Positions 20,515 through 31,801 of a stretch of 64,000 nt of DNA are shown here, in pieces. Each line of letters opens with the position of its first letter. The stretch's first letter is position 1. The notes beneath the pieces were generated by a model. The model was not told where the DNA came from. It worked only from the letters and a program-made list of their open reading frames with translations, and did no database searches. The position numbers were made by a program, and so were the translations under genes. The DNA is from an uncultured Nitrososphaerota archaeon (GTDB taxonomy: Archaea; Thermoproteota; Nitrososphaeria; Nitrososphaerales; CADDZS01): contig CAWCYI010000004.1 in assembly GCA_963799845.1 (NCBI GenBank), forward strand, positions 1,472,001 to 1,536,000. Direction: 5' to 3'.

Positions 20515-21768
20515 CTACCTCTTAGATTTCAATGATTTTCTCCAGAAGCTAGGCACTTTATCATACTTAATACTCGTAGCTCCTAGGAATTCTGCGAGAT
20601 CAGAAACTGCTCTCGAAACCTCGTTACCTAATTTCGCAGAGTTCTCTGATTCGGCGTAGACTCTATTGATGATCAGCTGCTTCGAATCTTTCTTGAAAAC
20701 TGGATCGATTCGCGCGATAAAAGTGTCTCCGTGAAGGACCGGCAAGATGTAGTAACCATATTTTCTTTGAGACTCCGGCACGTAAATTTCGATAGAATAG
20801 TCGAACCCAAACAGATCCAGAGTCCTCGTTCTATCGCAGATCAAATTGTCAAACGGAGAGAGCAGAACGGTCTTGGGATTCCACCCGCCATTGCGGATTG
20901 TTTCGAGCGTGTTCAAATCATCGCAATGAATGAACCAGGGTTGCTTTGCCGATCCGTTAAATTGAACTCGGAATATTTTTGATTCCGATTCGAGTTTGTC
21001 AAGCGTCCTGTCAAGATTCGGATATGAATCGCGGAGAAAATGTTTCTTGATTTGATTTCGAGTTGCGACTCCCAGCGCCTTCAGAGCTCTCTGGACTGCG
21101 AAGTATTCTACTTCATCTTGGGCCCGATTACTTTGATTTAGGAAAGAATTGGGGAGACACCGCTCCGCGAGGTCCCAGATCTTCACGTTACCCCTCCGCT
21201 CGGAGACCATCACCTTTCCCTGAAAAAACAAAAACTGCAACATCCTCGATACATTTCGGTTGTTAGACCAGCCGCTAGATGACCAGTGCCTCTCGGACTT
21301 GTCTTCAAACTCTCTCGTAGAGAGAGCTCCCTTTTTTCTGAGTTCCGAGATCACATACTTTTCTAATTTTGAATTGTCTGTTATCCACTTCGAGACTCTC
21401 TTTCCCCAGAGCGTGTTTGTATCCGGGAAGCTTTTCATTCCAGAAACGAACAAGGAATAATCTTCCATCAAAAGAATGGACAGCTGATGCGCCCAGTATT
21501 CGAATACCGTTCTGTCTTTGTACAACTCTCCGATCAGAGATCTGTCGTAATTTCCCATGCGGCTCCACAAGACCAGAAATTGGCTGGGGGTAACGGCAGA
21601 GATTGGGTCGATCTGGACGCAGCCGAGCTCTCTGATGAGTTGGATGATTCCATTCCTTCCCGATTCCAGTTTTGCTCCGCCGGCGAGTCTTTGCTTTGTG
21701 ATGAATAACTGCCGAGCTTCTGTAGGTGTAATCTTTAGATCGGATGGTTTTTCCAAAATCATCACCAC
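20515..21768 (-). CDS. YcaQ/AlkZ (HTH_42) family DNA crosslink glycosylase
   Basis: Catalytic QxD in VQIDP; LWSRMG; FEYWAH; LLSPFDNLI; EIYVP..RKYGYY.LP.L. Confidence 0.88.
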   Translation of the reverse strand: MVMILEKPSDLKITPTEARQLFITKQRLAGGAKLESGRNGIIQLIRELGCVQIDPISAVTPSQFLVLWSRMGNYDRSLIGELYKDRTVFEYWAHQLSILLMEDYSLFVSGMKSFPDTNTLWGKRVSKWITDNSKLEKYVISELRKKGALSTREFEDKSERHWSSSGWSNNRNVSRMLQFLFFQGKVMVSERRGNVKIWDLAERCLPNSFLNQSNRAQDEVEYFAVQRALKALGVATRNQIKKHFLRDSYPNLDRTLDKLESESKIFRVQFNGSAKQPWFIHCDDLNTLETIRNGGWNPKTVLLSPFDNLICDRTRTLDLFGFDYSIEIYVPESQRKYGYYILPVLHGDTFIARIDPVFKKDSKQLIINRVYAESENSAKLGNEVSRAVSDLAEFLGATSIKYDKVPSFWRKSLKSKR

Positions 21769-21822
21769 AACACCATCCTTTGCTCGTTACCACTTAATAT
21801 TGAAACACATTTCCGGTCTCTC

Positions 21823-21900
21823 ATGTATGTTAGCTATTTTGAGATAAGGGTGACTGATCTCGCTCGCTCCGTAAGATTCTATACCGAAATTTTCAGTTCG
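21823..21900 (+). pseudogene. N-terminal fragment of a VOC family gene
   Basis: MYVSYFEIRVTDLARSVRFYTEIF, after which similarity is lost. Confidence 0.45.
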
Positions 21901-22185
21901 AATTTCGTCACGGCATTACGAAGCTTTCTAACAAGACTCTGGAAACCGAAACGGAAAGCCTTCAAAATTCTTGTCATCTTGGAAGGAGCCCTCTGTTCGT
22001 ATCTCGGCTCAGCATTTAGAGATAATGTTCGATTCTACAGCGAGTTGCTCTGGAGAGATAAGGTGAGATAACTCTGCGGAGAGCCAAGTTATTTGAAAAA
22101 TTATATGGGATGATTCTCCGATTCCACAGCGTGAATTTTGGCGAACATTTTATCTTACACTGGAAGTTCAATTATTCTGACGTAA

Positions 22186-22410
22186 ATGCCAAAAGAAGGA
22201 GATTCTTGTCCAGCCTGCAAAGAAGGAATTTTGGGGTATGTCGGTATTGATCAGAATCATAGAGAGCTGAAGTGTAATAACTCAAAGTGTTCGAACAGTC
22301 AGCACGGTATTCACTCGGGCGAGTCTGTAAAGCGGAGTGGTTCCGTAACAGAAGAACATCGAGATGATAATTTCCAGACAATGGCCAGATCGCGATACGG
22401 GCAAAGATAA
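22186..22410 (+). CDS. Small Zn-ribbon hypothetical protein
   Basis: CPACKEG...CNNSKC; ends just before the IS630 end. Confidence 0.55.
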   Translation: MPKEGDSCPACKEGILGYVGIDQNHRELKCNNSKCSNSQHGIHSGESVKRSGSVTEEHRDDNFQTMARSRYGQR

Positions 22411-22412
22411 AC

Positions 22413-23540
22413 TAACCTGGCCGACATAAGTTCATAGACACCTGTTGGTCAGAAGGAATTTCTTCATGTCAAGATGCGAGCAAAACCTTCGCGTTCGATA
22501 GTATTCTGCCAGGATTGATTTCAGTTCTTTCAATGACGTCGGAAAGGTTGGAAGCCTTGAGAGATCCTTCTCACCCTCGCGCCAACACTCCTCCATCATG
22601 TTGAACTCTGGCGAAGCTGTCGGGATCCATCTGACTCTGAGAGTCTTCCTGTTCTTACCCAAATAATCAGTTACGATCCTGGTTTTGTGGTGTTGCCTTG
22701 CTTTGTCAAGGAAGAGATAGAGTGATCCAAACTTCCTGTGCACCTTCTTCAGGTAGTCGAGGAATGTCTCGCCATTGAATTTCTCGTACTGCCTGAAGAT
22801 TTGTGTCCCGTCCAGGCTGATCGCTCCAAACACCACGGTGTTGCCGTGCGAGCCTGACACAATCCGAATCGGTCGAATCCCTTTGACCGCCCACACCCTT
22901 TTGGTTTCTATGTTCTGGACGAAGATTGATTCGTCTTCGGATGCTACGGTGAAGCCTTCCGGGATATTCCTGAGGAGTCTTGCGGTCCTTTTTTAAATTC
23001 GAGCCTCTCTTCGAGGGAAGCCTTGTGAAGTAACCTCTTGTCAGGGACAATTGCTCTCACTCCCCACTTCTGCATCAACCTGTAGATGTGTCTCTCAGTG
23101 TATGCCACGTCTGCTTCCTTGCGGATCATCTCCCTGACCTCCTTCACGGTCCAGCCGCATTCGTTCTTCACGACCTTCCTCTTCACCGCAATGAACTTGT
23201 TGTGATCGAGCTTCGGAGGTCTCCCGCTCCTTTCCATCGTCTTGAGTCCTTCTAGCCCATCTTTCTCGAAACGTCTAAGCCACGGTGTCGTCCATGATTT
23301 GTGCCGGTGAACTTCCCTTGCTACGTGCGACGCCGGGACACCCTCGTACTTGACCTTCAGAACGAGGAATATCCTCTTGCTTACGTTTGCGTCCCTCTCC
23401 TCTCTATAAGCCTCTTCAACAATCTCCTTCGGTGCCTGTAATCGAGACATACAACCTGAGATAGGAAGGGAAGTTGGCCAAAAATGAGAATGTCTAGGTC
23501 TGTGGCCCTTTCAGTCTAATAATTTATGTCGGCCAGGTTA
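22413..23540 (-). mobile_element. IS630-family insertion sequence, copy 1 (coordinates include flanking TA)
   Basis: Terminal inverted repeats TAACCTGGCCGACATAA / TTATGTCGGCCAGGTTA; TA at both ends; second copy at 52617-53744. Confidence 0.95.
22432..23450 (-). CDS. IS630 transposase (HTH orfA plus DDE orfB, joined by a -1 frameshift)
   Basis: RSGRPPKL HTH region; DDE residues SEDES, FLDKARQH, SPEFNMMEE; slippery TTTAAAAAAG at the junction. Confidence 0.92.
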
Positions 23541-23550
23541 GTTGACGATC

Positions 23551-23593
23551 TAGTATATGGACATATACTTAGTATACGTGGATATACTACTAG
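23551..23593. promoter_or_regulatory. Tandem palindromic operator-like sites
   Basis: AGTATATG-GA-CATATACT followed by AGTATAC-GTGG-ATATACT. Confidence 0.45.
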
Positions 23594-23649
23594 CAGCCTC
23601 CCGCTACAGTTTCTAAAGTTTAAGGATTTCTACCATGCATTTCAGCGAA

Positions 23650-23856
23650 ATTGATCCGTACTGGACGTTTGAAAATTGAGTTCAAGCAGCTTGGACATTT
23701 CTCGCAGGTCCTCCTCTTTCTATTCTTCCCCGTGTACCTGCAGACCTGTTCAATTCCTAAAGCGATTGTTTTCTTTCATTGATTTATTATGCAATTTTCT
23801 CCTTTTTCTACACGGGGGCGCAATTCTGCGTACCGAAGAGCTTGAAACGAGCTCTG
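23650..23856. repeat. Divergent partial copy C of the AGCT repeat element
   Basis: Exact GAGCTTGAAACGAGCTC at 23838-23854; the reverse strand shares CGTGT(A)GAAAA..GAGAAAATT and TCCAGTACG with the interior of copy B. Confidence 0.55.
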
Positions 23857-24020
23857 TTGGCCATTTCTAATACCATTGCTTGGTTATCGAGCCACTTCTG
23901 ACTTTTACAATAATGTAACAGGTACGAGTGTCGATACAGGTCTCGTGAATGAGTTTTGCACCCGCGTACCCTTTGTATGTGTTGAAACACTTTTATCTTA
24001 CTTTCTCGGCGCGCCTCTTC

Positions 24021-24896
24021 GTGATACCAAGAAATTTCGAGTACGTTTCTCCCGAGACGCTGGAGCAGGCGTTGAACTACCTGAACGAGTACGGATCAAA
24101 TTCAAAAATCCTGGCCGGAGGGCAGAGTCTGGTTCCGCTTATGAAATTGAGACTCGCGTCCCCGAAATACGTGATCGACATCAACCACATTTCAGATCTC
24201 GATTACATCAGGGAAGACGGCGGGTGGATTCGCATCGGTGCTCTAACTAAACATCACTCGATCGAGACTTCGGAGCTGCTCAGGCGAAAGGCACAGATAA
24301 TGTCGGAAGCCGCCTCCCTCATCGGCGATCCGCAGGTACGAAACAGCGGCACAATCGGTGGATCTCTGGTTCACGCCGATCCTGCGGCGGATTGGGGCGC
24401 GGTCATTATTGCTCTCGGGGCGAGTTTGAGGATGGTAAGTTCATCCGGCGAAAGGATTGTCAACTCTGATGATTTCTTTGTCGATTCACTCACCTCCGCA
24501 GCCAAGAGTAACGAGATTCTAGCAGAAATCAGAGTTCCGATTTCAAGTATGAGCGGCGGGTCCTACGCGAAGCTGGAACGCAAATCGGGAGATTTTGCTA
24601 CCGTTGGAGTCGCGGCGCAGCTCTCCGTGAATTCCTCTGGAGTTTGCGACAAAGTGGGAATCGGGCTGGCATCTGTTGCGGCAACCAGCATCAGGGCGAA
24701 AAAGGCTGAAGCTGTTTTGAAGGGCAATGAACCGACCAAAGCGAGGATTGAGGAAGCGTCAAGGGCGGCGTCCGAGGATTCAAAGCCGACCGACGATCCG
24801 CTGAGAGGCTCGGCGGAGTACAAGCGGGCGATGGTTCGAGTGTTTACGGAGCGTGCTCTAACGCATGCGCTCGGCAGGGCAAAGAAAATGGAGTGA
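24021..24896 (+). CDS. coxM: Molybdenum hydroxylase FAD subunit (CoxM/CutB-like)
   Basis: LAGGQSLVPLMKLRLA, IGDPQVRNSGTIGGSLVHADP, GSAEYK. Confidence 0.9.
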   Translation: MIPRNFEYVSPETLEQALNYLNEYGSNSKILAGGQSLVPLMKLRLASPKYVIDINHISDLDYIREDGGWIRIGALTKHHSIETSELLRRKAQIMSEAASLIGDPQVRNSGTIGGSLVHADPAADWGAVIIALGASLRMVSSSGERIVNSDDFFVDSLTSAAKSNEILAEIRVPISSMSGGSYAKLERKSGDFATVGVAAQLSVNSSGVCDKVGIGLASVAATSIRAKKAEAVLKGNEPTKARIEEASRAASEDSKPTDDPLRGSAEYKRAMVRVFTERALTHALGRAKKME

Positions 24897-25403
24897 ATGA
24901 AGATGGAAAAACCCGCCAGGTTGAAGCACGTCCGCGTCAGGGTGAACGGCACGGAGTACGAGGATGTCATTGAGTCGAGGATGCTCCTCGCGCATTTCAT
25001 CAGAGAGCGCCTCGGAATGACCGGCACCCACGTCGGGTGCGATACGTCGAACTGCGGTGCATGTACTATAATCTTCAACGGAAGATCGATAAAGTCCTGC
25101 ACGATGTTTGGGGTGCAGGCTGATGGGTCGGAAATCTTGACGATCGAAGGCCTCGCAAAAGACGGCAAACTCCACCGAATCCAAGAAGAGTTCTGGAACA
25201 ACCACGGGCTCCAGTGCGGCTTTTGCACGCCGGGGTTCATCATGCAGGCGTACTGGTTCTTGAAACAAAACCCCAATCCGACCGATGAGCAGGTGAGGCA
25301 GGGGATTTCCGGGAACCTCTGCAGATGCACCGGTTACCAGAATATAGTGAAAGCGATTCTGGAAGCGGCAAAGACGCGGGTCGAGGTACCCGCGAGGATG
25401 TGA
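24897..25403 (+). CDS. coxS: Molybdenum hydroxylase 2Fe-2S subunit (CoxS/CutC-like)
   Basis: [27 protein letters not shown]. Confidence 0.92.
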   Translation: MKMEKPARLKHVRVRVNGTEYEDVIESRMLLAHFIRERLGMTGTHVGCDTSNCGACTIIFNGRSIKSCTMFGVQADGSEILTIEGLAKDGKLHRIQEEFWNNHGLQCGFCTPGFIMQAYWFLKQNPNPTDEQVRQGISGNLCRCTGYQNIVKAILEAAKTRVEVPARM

Positions 25404-25413
25404 GGGTGAGAGC

Positions 25414-27771
25414 ATGTCGCAAGTATTCGGGTCAAGCGTGAAGAGGCGGGAAGATCCGCGGCTGATCACCGGGTACGGCCACTTCACTGAAGACATGGTC
25501 GTGCCGAAGATGGCGAGTGCGGTGTTTTTGCGGAGTCCATACGCACACGCGAAGATCAAGACGCTGAACACCGAGAAGGCGAAAGCCCAGCCTGGAGTGA
25601 TCGCCGTGTTCACCGGCAAGGACACTGAATCAAAACTCGCAGCGATCCCAACTGCCTGGGTCGTGACCGGGGCCGAGGTCAAGACAACAAAGTACCTTCC
25701 AATAGCAGTTGACAAAGTACGCTACGTGGGAGATCCCGTGGCGGTCGTTGTAGCGCAGAGTCTCGGTGAAGCTCTGGACGCCCTAGATCACATCGAGGTA
25801 GATTACGAACCACTACCCTCTGTCTTGGATCAGGAGAAGGCGATGGCGCAAGGCGCGCCTTTGCTCTATGATGACGTCCCTAACAATATCGCGTTTCACT
25901 GGAAAGCGGGCGGCGGAGATATCCAGAAGGCGTTCCGGGAAGCGGAGGTCACGATAAAGCAGCGAATAGTGAATCAGCGCCTCCTGCCTACGGCCATGGA
26001 AACAAGGGGCGCAACCGCGGAGTACGATATCGGATCGGGGCAGTTGACGATATGGATGACCTCCCAGAATCCCCACGTCCACCGCTTTCTGATTTCGGCC
26101 CTCACCGGCGTGCCGGAGCATAAACTGCGGATAATAGCGACCGACGTTGGCGGCGGCTTTGGCAGCAAGATTTCCTGCTATGGACCGGAGCTCGTCGTAG
26201 CCTGGCTCGCGATGAAGCTGCAGACGCCGATCAGGTGGACTGAGGACCGTAGCGAAAACTATCTTGCCACGACCCACGGGAGGGATCACGTCGACTACAT
26301 CGAGCTCGCGGCAAAGAGAGACGGTACTATACTCGGGCTGAAGGTGACGGCGTACGCCAACATGGGCGCCTGGCTTTCGACCGCGGCTCCGGGAGTACCG
26401 ACGATACTCTTCGGATTGATGCTCAGCGGCCCCTACAAGATCCCGAGCATCGCGTGCGAAGTCTTCGGCGTTCTGACAAACACCACGGCTGTTGACGCGT
26501 ACAGGGGAGCGGGGAGGCCAGAGGCGACCTATATCATCGAAAGATCGATCGACATGCTCGCCCGGGAAATCAGGATGGATCCTGCCGAAGTGAGGATGAA
26601 GAATTTCATTCCGGAAAATGCTTTCCCTGCGACCGTTGCGACTGGGCTTTCGTACGATAGCGGGAACTACTTTCCGGCGATGGCGAAAGCGCTCGAGCTC
26701 GTCAACTACGAAGACCTTCGCAGAGAACAGGCGAAACTCAGGGCCGAAGGAAAACTGCTCGGCATCGGCATTTCTTCGTACGTTGAAATCTGCGGGCTGG
26801 GCCCCTCAAGCGTTGTGCGCGCGACCGGTTTCGGCCTGGGACTGTGGGAAAGTACAACGGTGCGCGTCCATCCGCTCGGCAAGGTTACCGTTTTCACCGG
26901 AGCCAGCCCGCACGGCCAGGGGGAGGAGACGACATTTGCGCAGATCGTGGCGCAGGAGCTGGGCGTAAAGTTTGACGACGTCGAAGTGATCCACGGTGAT
27001 ACCGATCGCATACCTTTCGGGATGGGAACCTACGGGTCGAGGACGACTCCCGTTGCCGGAGCCGCCATCGCGGTCTCGTGTAGAAAGATCGTGGACAAGG
27101 CAAAGAAGATTGCAGCCCACCTGATTGAGGCGAGGGAGGAGGACATTGTCCTGGAGGGTGGCAGGTTCCACGTCAGGGGATCGAATGAGCCGTCGAAGAC
27201 GATGGCGGAGGTTGCCTACGCAGCCTACGGGGCGGGCACAAACGAGCTGCCAACGGGAATGGAACCGGGCCTGGAGAATACTACATTTTACGATCCGCCA
27301 AATTTCGTGTTTCCATTCGGGACCCACATCTGTGTGGTCGAGGTGTCGAGGGATACGGGCGAAGTGAAGATCAGGAAGTATGTCGCGGTCGATGATTGCG
27401 GAAAACAGATCAACCCGATGATCGTAGAGGGGCAGATACACGGAGGCATCACCCAAGGGATTTCGCAGGCGCTCTGGGAGGAGGCGGTCTATGATGCGGA
27501 CGGAAACCTGCTGACTGCCACTCTTGCAGACTATGCGGTGCCCACGGCGGTCGAAACACCCCACTACGACCTCTCGCAAACTGTCACGCCTTCACCGCAC
27601 AACCCGATTGGAGTCAAGGGAGTGGGAGAAGCCGGTACGATTGCCTCGGCGCCTGCTGTCGTGAATGCTGTCGTGGACGCGCTAAGCCACCTTGGTGTCG
27701 CTCATATCGACATGCCTCTTAGATCGGACAAGATCTGGGCAATCCTGAAGAGCAAGGGTATTGCCAAGTAG
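25414..27771 (+). CDS. coxL: Molybdenum hydroxylase large subunit, form II CoxL/CutA-like
   Basis: RREDPRLITG, GGGFGSK, active-site AYRGAGR, HGQG, GTYGSR, KGVGEAG. Confidence 0.9.
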   Translation: MSQVFGSSVKRREDPRLITGYGHFTEDMVVPKMASAVFLRSPYAHAKIKTLNTEKAKAQPGVIAVFTGKDTESKLAAIPTAWVVTGAEVKTTKYLPIAVDKVRYVGDPVAVVVAQSLGEALDALDHIEVDYEPLPSVLDQEKAMAQGAPLLYDDVPNNIAFHWKAGGGDIQKAFREAEVTIKQRIVNQRLLPTAMETRGATAEYDIGSGQLTIWMTSQNPHVHRFLISALTGVPEHKLRIIATDVGGGFGSKISCYGPELVVAWLAMKLQTPIRWTEDRSENYLATTHGRDHVDYIELAAKRDGTILGLKVTAYANMGAWLSTAAPGVPTILFGLMLSGPYKIPSIACEVFGVLTNTTAVDAYRGAGRPEATYIIERSIDMLAREIRMDPAEVRMKNFIPENAFPATVATGLSYDSGNYFPAMAKALELVNYEDLRREQAKLRAEGKLLGIGISSYVEICGLGPSSVVRATGFGLGLWESTTVRVHPLGKVTVFTGASPHGQGEETTFAQIVAQELGVKFDDVEVIHGDTDRIPFGMGTYGSRTTPVAGAAIAVSCRKIVDKAKKIAAHLIEAREEDIVLEGGRFHVRGSNEPSKTMAEVAYAAYGAGTNELPTGMEPGLENTTFYDPPNFVFPFGTHICVVEVSRDTGEVKIRKYVAVDDCGKQINPMIVEGQIHGGITQGISQALWEEAVYDADGNLLTATLADYAVPTAVETPHYDLSQTVTPSPHNPIGVKGVGEAGTIASAPAVVNAVVDALSHLGVAHIDMPLRSDKIWAILKSKGIAK

Positions 27772-27817
27772 ACTCACAAATAGTGCTAGAAATCCCCGAT
27801 CAAAAGTGGATCAAACT

Positions 27818-28192
27818 GTGAAGCAGGTTCTCTTCAGCTCTCAGATACCCTCCTCCCTTTTTTACAGTCAGGGAATCAAGGTGGGGAACACAATCTATCT
27901 TTCCGGTATCGTCGCATTTGACCCTGTGACGAAAAAAGTAGAGGCGACGACAATCGAGGAACAAATTGAAAGGGCAATCCAAAACTGCGAGTTAATTCTG
28001 AAGACTGGCGGAGCGAGCTTGGAGGACGTGGTGCAGGTCATTGTGCTGCTCAAGAACCCACAAGATTTCGACGGCATGAACAGGGCATACTCTAAAATTT
28101 TCTCAAAGGATCAACCGACGCGTGCTGTTACAAAGCTTGGAGTGGATCTTCCAAACATTCTTGTTTCAGTGATGATGACAGCTGTCGTTTAA
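27818..28192 (+). CDS. RidA/YjgF family protein
   Basis: YSQGIKVGNTIYLSG, F..MN..Y, PTRA. Confidence 0.85.
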   Translation: MKQVLFSSQIPSSLFYSQGIKVGNTIYLSGIVAFDPVTKKVEATTIEEQIERAIQNCELILKTGGASLEDVVQVIVLLKNPQDFDGMNRAYSKIFSKDQPTRAVTKLGVDLPNILVSVMMTAVV

Positions 28193-28336
28193 TCTTTATC
28201 GTTTACGTGGAAAGTGAGATCTGCAAAATATATTCGGATCATTCAAGCTCGAGAATCGGTAAACATCAGATAATGATTCGAATCTGCTATTTGCCTGTCC
28301 TCTAAATCCTAATATAATATCAGATTATCGAAGTGA

Positions 28337-30623
28337 GTGTTGCTCAATAAATCGAAGCTAAGAAGCGCAATCAGTAGAACGACTACAATCGTAGTGGTTA
28401 TCGTCGTCATCGTTATCCTCGTTGCGGGTGGAATCGCTGCAACCAGATTGGGTGGGTCTTCTTCAACGTCAGCGACTTCGAGCACCAGTTCCACTAGCTC
28501 AACTTCAACTACGGTCTCTTCAGCAACGTCTACCTCTTCATCTTCTTCGATATCTTCAACATCAAGTTCGACTTCGCTACAATCATCCGTTACCACCAGT
28601 TCCAGTTCTGCTTCCTCAGCCACTTCAACTACTTCTTCGACAAGTCATCCTTCTACTCTAACATGGGAAACCACTTTTTCTGTTGATTCGCTAGACCCCG
28701 ATGCAGCATACTCCGAGACTGATGGCATGCTCCTTCAAAACGTGTACGAGCCACTATTGTGGTACAATGGCACGAGTCCGACACTAGTCATACCTTGGCT
28801 TGCCCAGAGCTGACACAGCTTCGGCAGATGGGATGACCTATAATTTTACGTTGCGTAGCGGAGTCCAGTTCGCAGATGGTGAAACGCTGAACTCCTCAGC
28901 AGTTTACTTTTCGCTCAATCGCTTGCTGATGGGAGACGGAAGCACTCCGACTACCCACGCGACACAGGCAGCATGGCTCTTGCAAGAACTTGTCAACACA
29001 AGCTTGAGCACCTTCCTAACCGGGAAACAGAATTACTCGCCTACCTACGCACATGATGTTCTCGCGCAGGATTTCGTTCAGATCACCGGCCCACTGACGT
29101 TCACAATCCATGTAATGAACCCCAGCTCTTCTTTTCCATATTTGCTCACCGGATTGTGGTCGTACATAATGGCGCCGGACTACGTAATGCAGAAAGATCT
29201 CTCTGCGTGGACGCAGCCTAGTTCCGGATACACACTACCATATCCGAGCCCGAGCGGTAACGTGACCACCTCCATCAATGAATATCTACAGGATTTGGCT
29301 GCTACATGCAACAGCGGAATAACTCCGACGGGATGTGGTCAGAGTTATCTCTTTAGTCCGACCGGAAGCGTCCTTGCGGGAACTGGCCCTTACGTTCTGA
29401 CGAGCTATTCGTCTGCCACCAATAATTTTGTACTGACCGCGAATCCTAATTATTGGGGAGGACCTTATGCGGCCAAGATAACCCCGACGATCCAGACCAT
29501 CGACATAAACTACGTTCCAAGTCAGGCGACAAGGGAGATCGACCTGGAAAATGCTGCAAAATCCGGCCAAGCGATAACGATCGATGTGAATGGAGGCAAT
29601 CTTTACGACATTGTTTCGAGGAGCGCTTGGCTAACAAATGGTACGATTCAATCGATAATTCCTGGGATCAACATCTATGGCCCGTACTCCCAGTTTGCGA
29701 CGGATTACGAGCAGTTTTCTTCGAATGTCACTAACATATTTAGTGGAGACTATTTCACCTTCCAGCCCTTCGCTGACATTCGTTTCCGAACCGCTTTCGC
29801 AGACTCTGTGAACATGACCGAAATCAACAACGATGTCAATAACAGACTAGGTCTGGTGGCAAACGAGCTCATTCCTCCCCAAATTCCGCCTGTCAATTCC
29901 TACAATGCATCTCTGCCGACTTCATACGGCTACAATCTGACCGCAGTACAGGATCTACTGCTTGAAGCGATGTACCATCCGATCACCCATTTTACGTTCT
30001 TCAATGGTACTACTGCCCCTAGTGGCGTTTTTAACAACACGTTTGGCTGCCCGGTACTTGGCCCAAATGGGCAGTGCTCTACACCAGTCCCCCAGACTAT
30101 CAACGAATACTATCCATCTGGAGACACGGTCGACGGAGATATCATGGAGCAGATAGCAACAGTTGTCAACAACGTAAGCAGCACATACAATATGGGATTG
30201 ACTGTCGATGTAGTGCCACAACCTGAGGGACAGATGTTCACTTACGCGTTTTCAGATCACCTAGAGTTCTCGTGGAGCGGATACGTAAACGACTATCCGT
30301 GGGCGGGAGACTTTATCGGAGGAGAGCTTGGAGGCGGCGGCCAGCAGCCAGCGTTCTACGGCTGGAACTATACAGGATTGCATGACTTGTACTCACAGGT
30401 GCTACAAGATCAGGCGTCCGGCAACAACACGGCGCTGGTCTCGGATATCAACGCGGCGGCTCTGCTCATGAACAAAGAAGTACTGCAGATATGGACATTT
30501 TACCCGCTGACGGTCAACGGTGGAGGAAGTTCGGTCATCGCTCCGTTCACGACAAATGTTCACGGGTTCTACTATAATCCGTCGCTTTACGGCACCTACT
30601 TTGCATCCCTTTACATCTCGTAG
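28337..30623 (+). CDS. Family 5 substrate-binding protein, paralogue 2; frameshift at AGCTGA 28808-28813
   Basis: Deleting one G gives PWLAQSYTASADG...FTLR, matching the two intact paralogues. Confidence 0.88.
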
Positions 30624-30665
30624 ACTTTCTCGATCAGGATGCAATTTGGGATGGGTAACCGAGCG

Positions 30666-31692
30666 ATGAAATTCGGCATCGAGATACCAGCAAGACCCGC
30701 TTCGGAGATTGTTCGTCTCGCAGTGCTTGGTGAAAAGGTAGGCTTTGACACAGTGTGGTGGACCGATCACTTTTCTGGCGGGCCACCGACCGAGATCATG
30801 CCGGAGCTCTTCACCGTTATGGCACTCATGGGACACGAGACAAAGCGGGTTGGCGTCGGGTCTGCTGTCACTGATATCAGGCGTAGACATCCTGCAACAG
30901 TTGCGCAAACTGCTGCGACTCTGGACGGGATCTCTGGTGGTAGAACGATTCTTGGGCTAGGCGCGGGGGAAGCGACCAACCTGTCTCCCGTCGGAATTTC
31001 AGCTGAAGAACATGCACGGCCGGTTGCGGGAAGGAATTCAAGTAATCAAAATGCTCTGGAATGCCGATCACACCCATCCCGCTAATTTTCAGGGAAAATT
31101 CTACTCGTTGAAAGACGCGTTTCTTCAGATAAAGCCAGTCCAGAAGCCGAATCTTCCAATCTACGTGGCCGCATACGGTCCCAAGATGCTAGATCTCGCG
31201 GGCGAATTTGGAGATGGGTGGATACCCTTTGCACACACTCCTGAAACGTACCGCTGGGGACTAGATCTTTTGAAAAAAAGCCTGAAGAAAAGCGACCGCA
31301 GCTTGGAAGGTTACAGCGTGGCCTATGCTCCGAATGCCACAGTTTCTACTGATAGAGAGACTGCAAGGAAACTCATTACTCCGATTGCAAAAACTGGGGT
31401 CGCAATCATGCCTGAGCAATATGAAATGCTGCTTGGCAAAAAGCATCCGGGGTTTGAATACAGCATGGCAGGTTCTCCAGATTTGAATAACATAGCAGAG
31501 CTGAAAGCTTCGATTCCTGAGGATGTTGCTTTGAAAACCGTGATATGGGGTACTCCTGATGACTGCATCGGGCAGATAGAAGGTTTCGCGAAAGAAGGAT
31601 GCAACCACGTGATTTTCGCTATCAGGGGTCAAGACCTCGACAGTGTTGTAACGACTTTCGGGACAAAGGTTTTGCCGTACTTTAGAGAATAG
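30666..31692 (+). CDS. LLM-class oxidoreductase; frameshift at AGCTGA 31001-31006
   Basis: GFDTVWWTDH and GLGAGEATN in ORF1 join RLREGIQVIK, GPKML and GDGW in ORF2. Confidence 0.88.
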
Positions 31693-31801
31693 TAGCAAAC
31701 TGCGTCGGGGGAGACGAGTGAGCTATTACAAGTTCTCTAAGAGAGTGGTGTGAAAGTTTTAGAAAACAATTTGTTGACATGTTGCAGAGTCGGATTTAGA
31801 A

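Noticed and set aside
24563-27579. Long minus-strand ORFs (255, 285 and 257 aa) over the cox genes
   Set aside because: Antisense shadows of GC-rich, well-supported genes; no motifs
25414-27771. Bona fide form I CO dehydrogenase
   Set aside because: Lacks the Cu-binding AYxCSFR motif
28450-28660. Low-complexity TCT/TCA/ACT repeats and the antisense acidic ORF 28309-28623 (similarly 17224-17439 and 40325-40519)
   Set aside because: These are Ser/Thr linker codons of the binding proteins; the antisense ORFs are shadows
28808-28813. Programmed +1 frameshifting at AGC-UGA
   Set aside because: The same AGCTGA lesion occurs in all three codon phases in unrelated genes, which fits a DNA-level or sequencing cause
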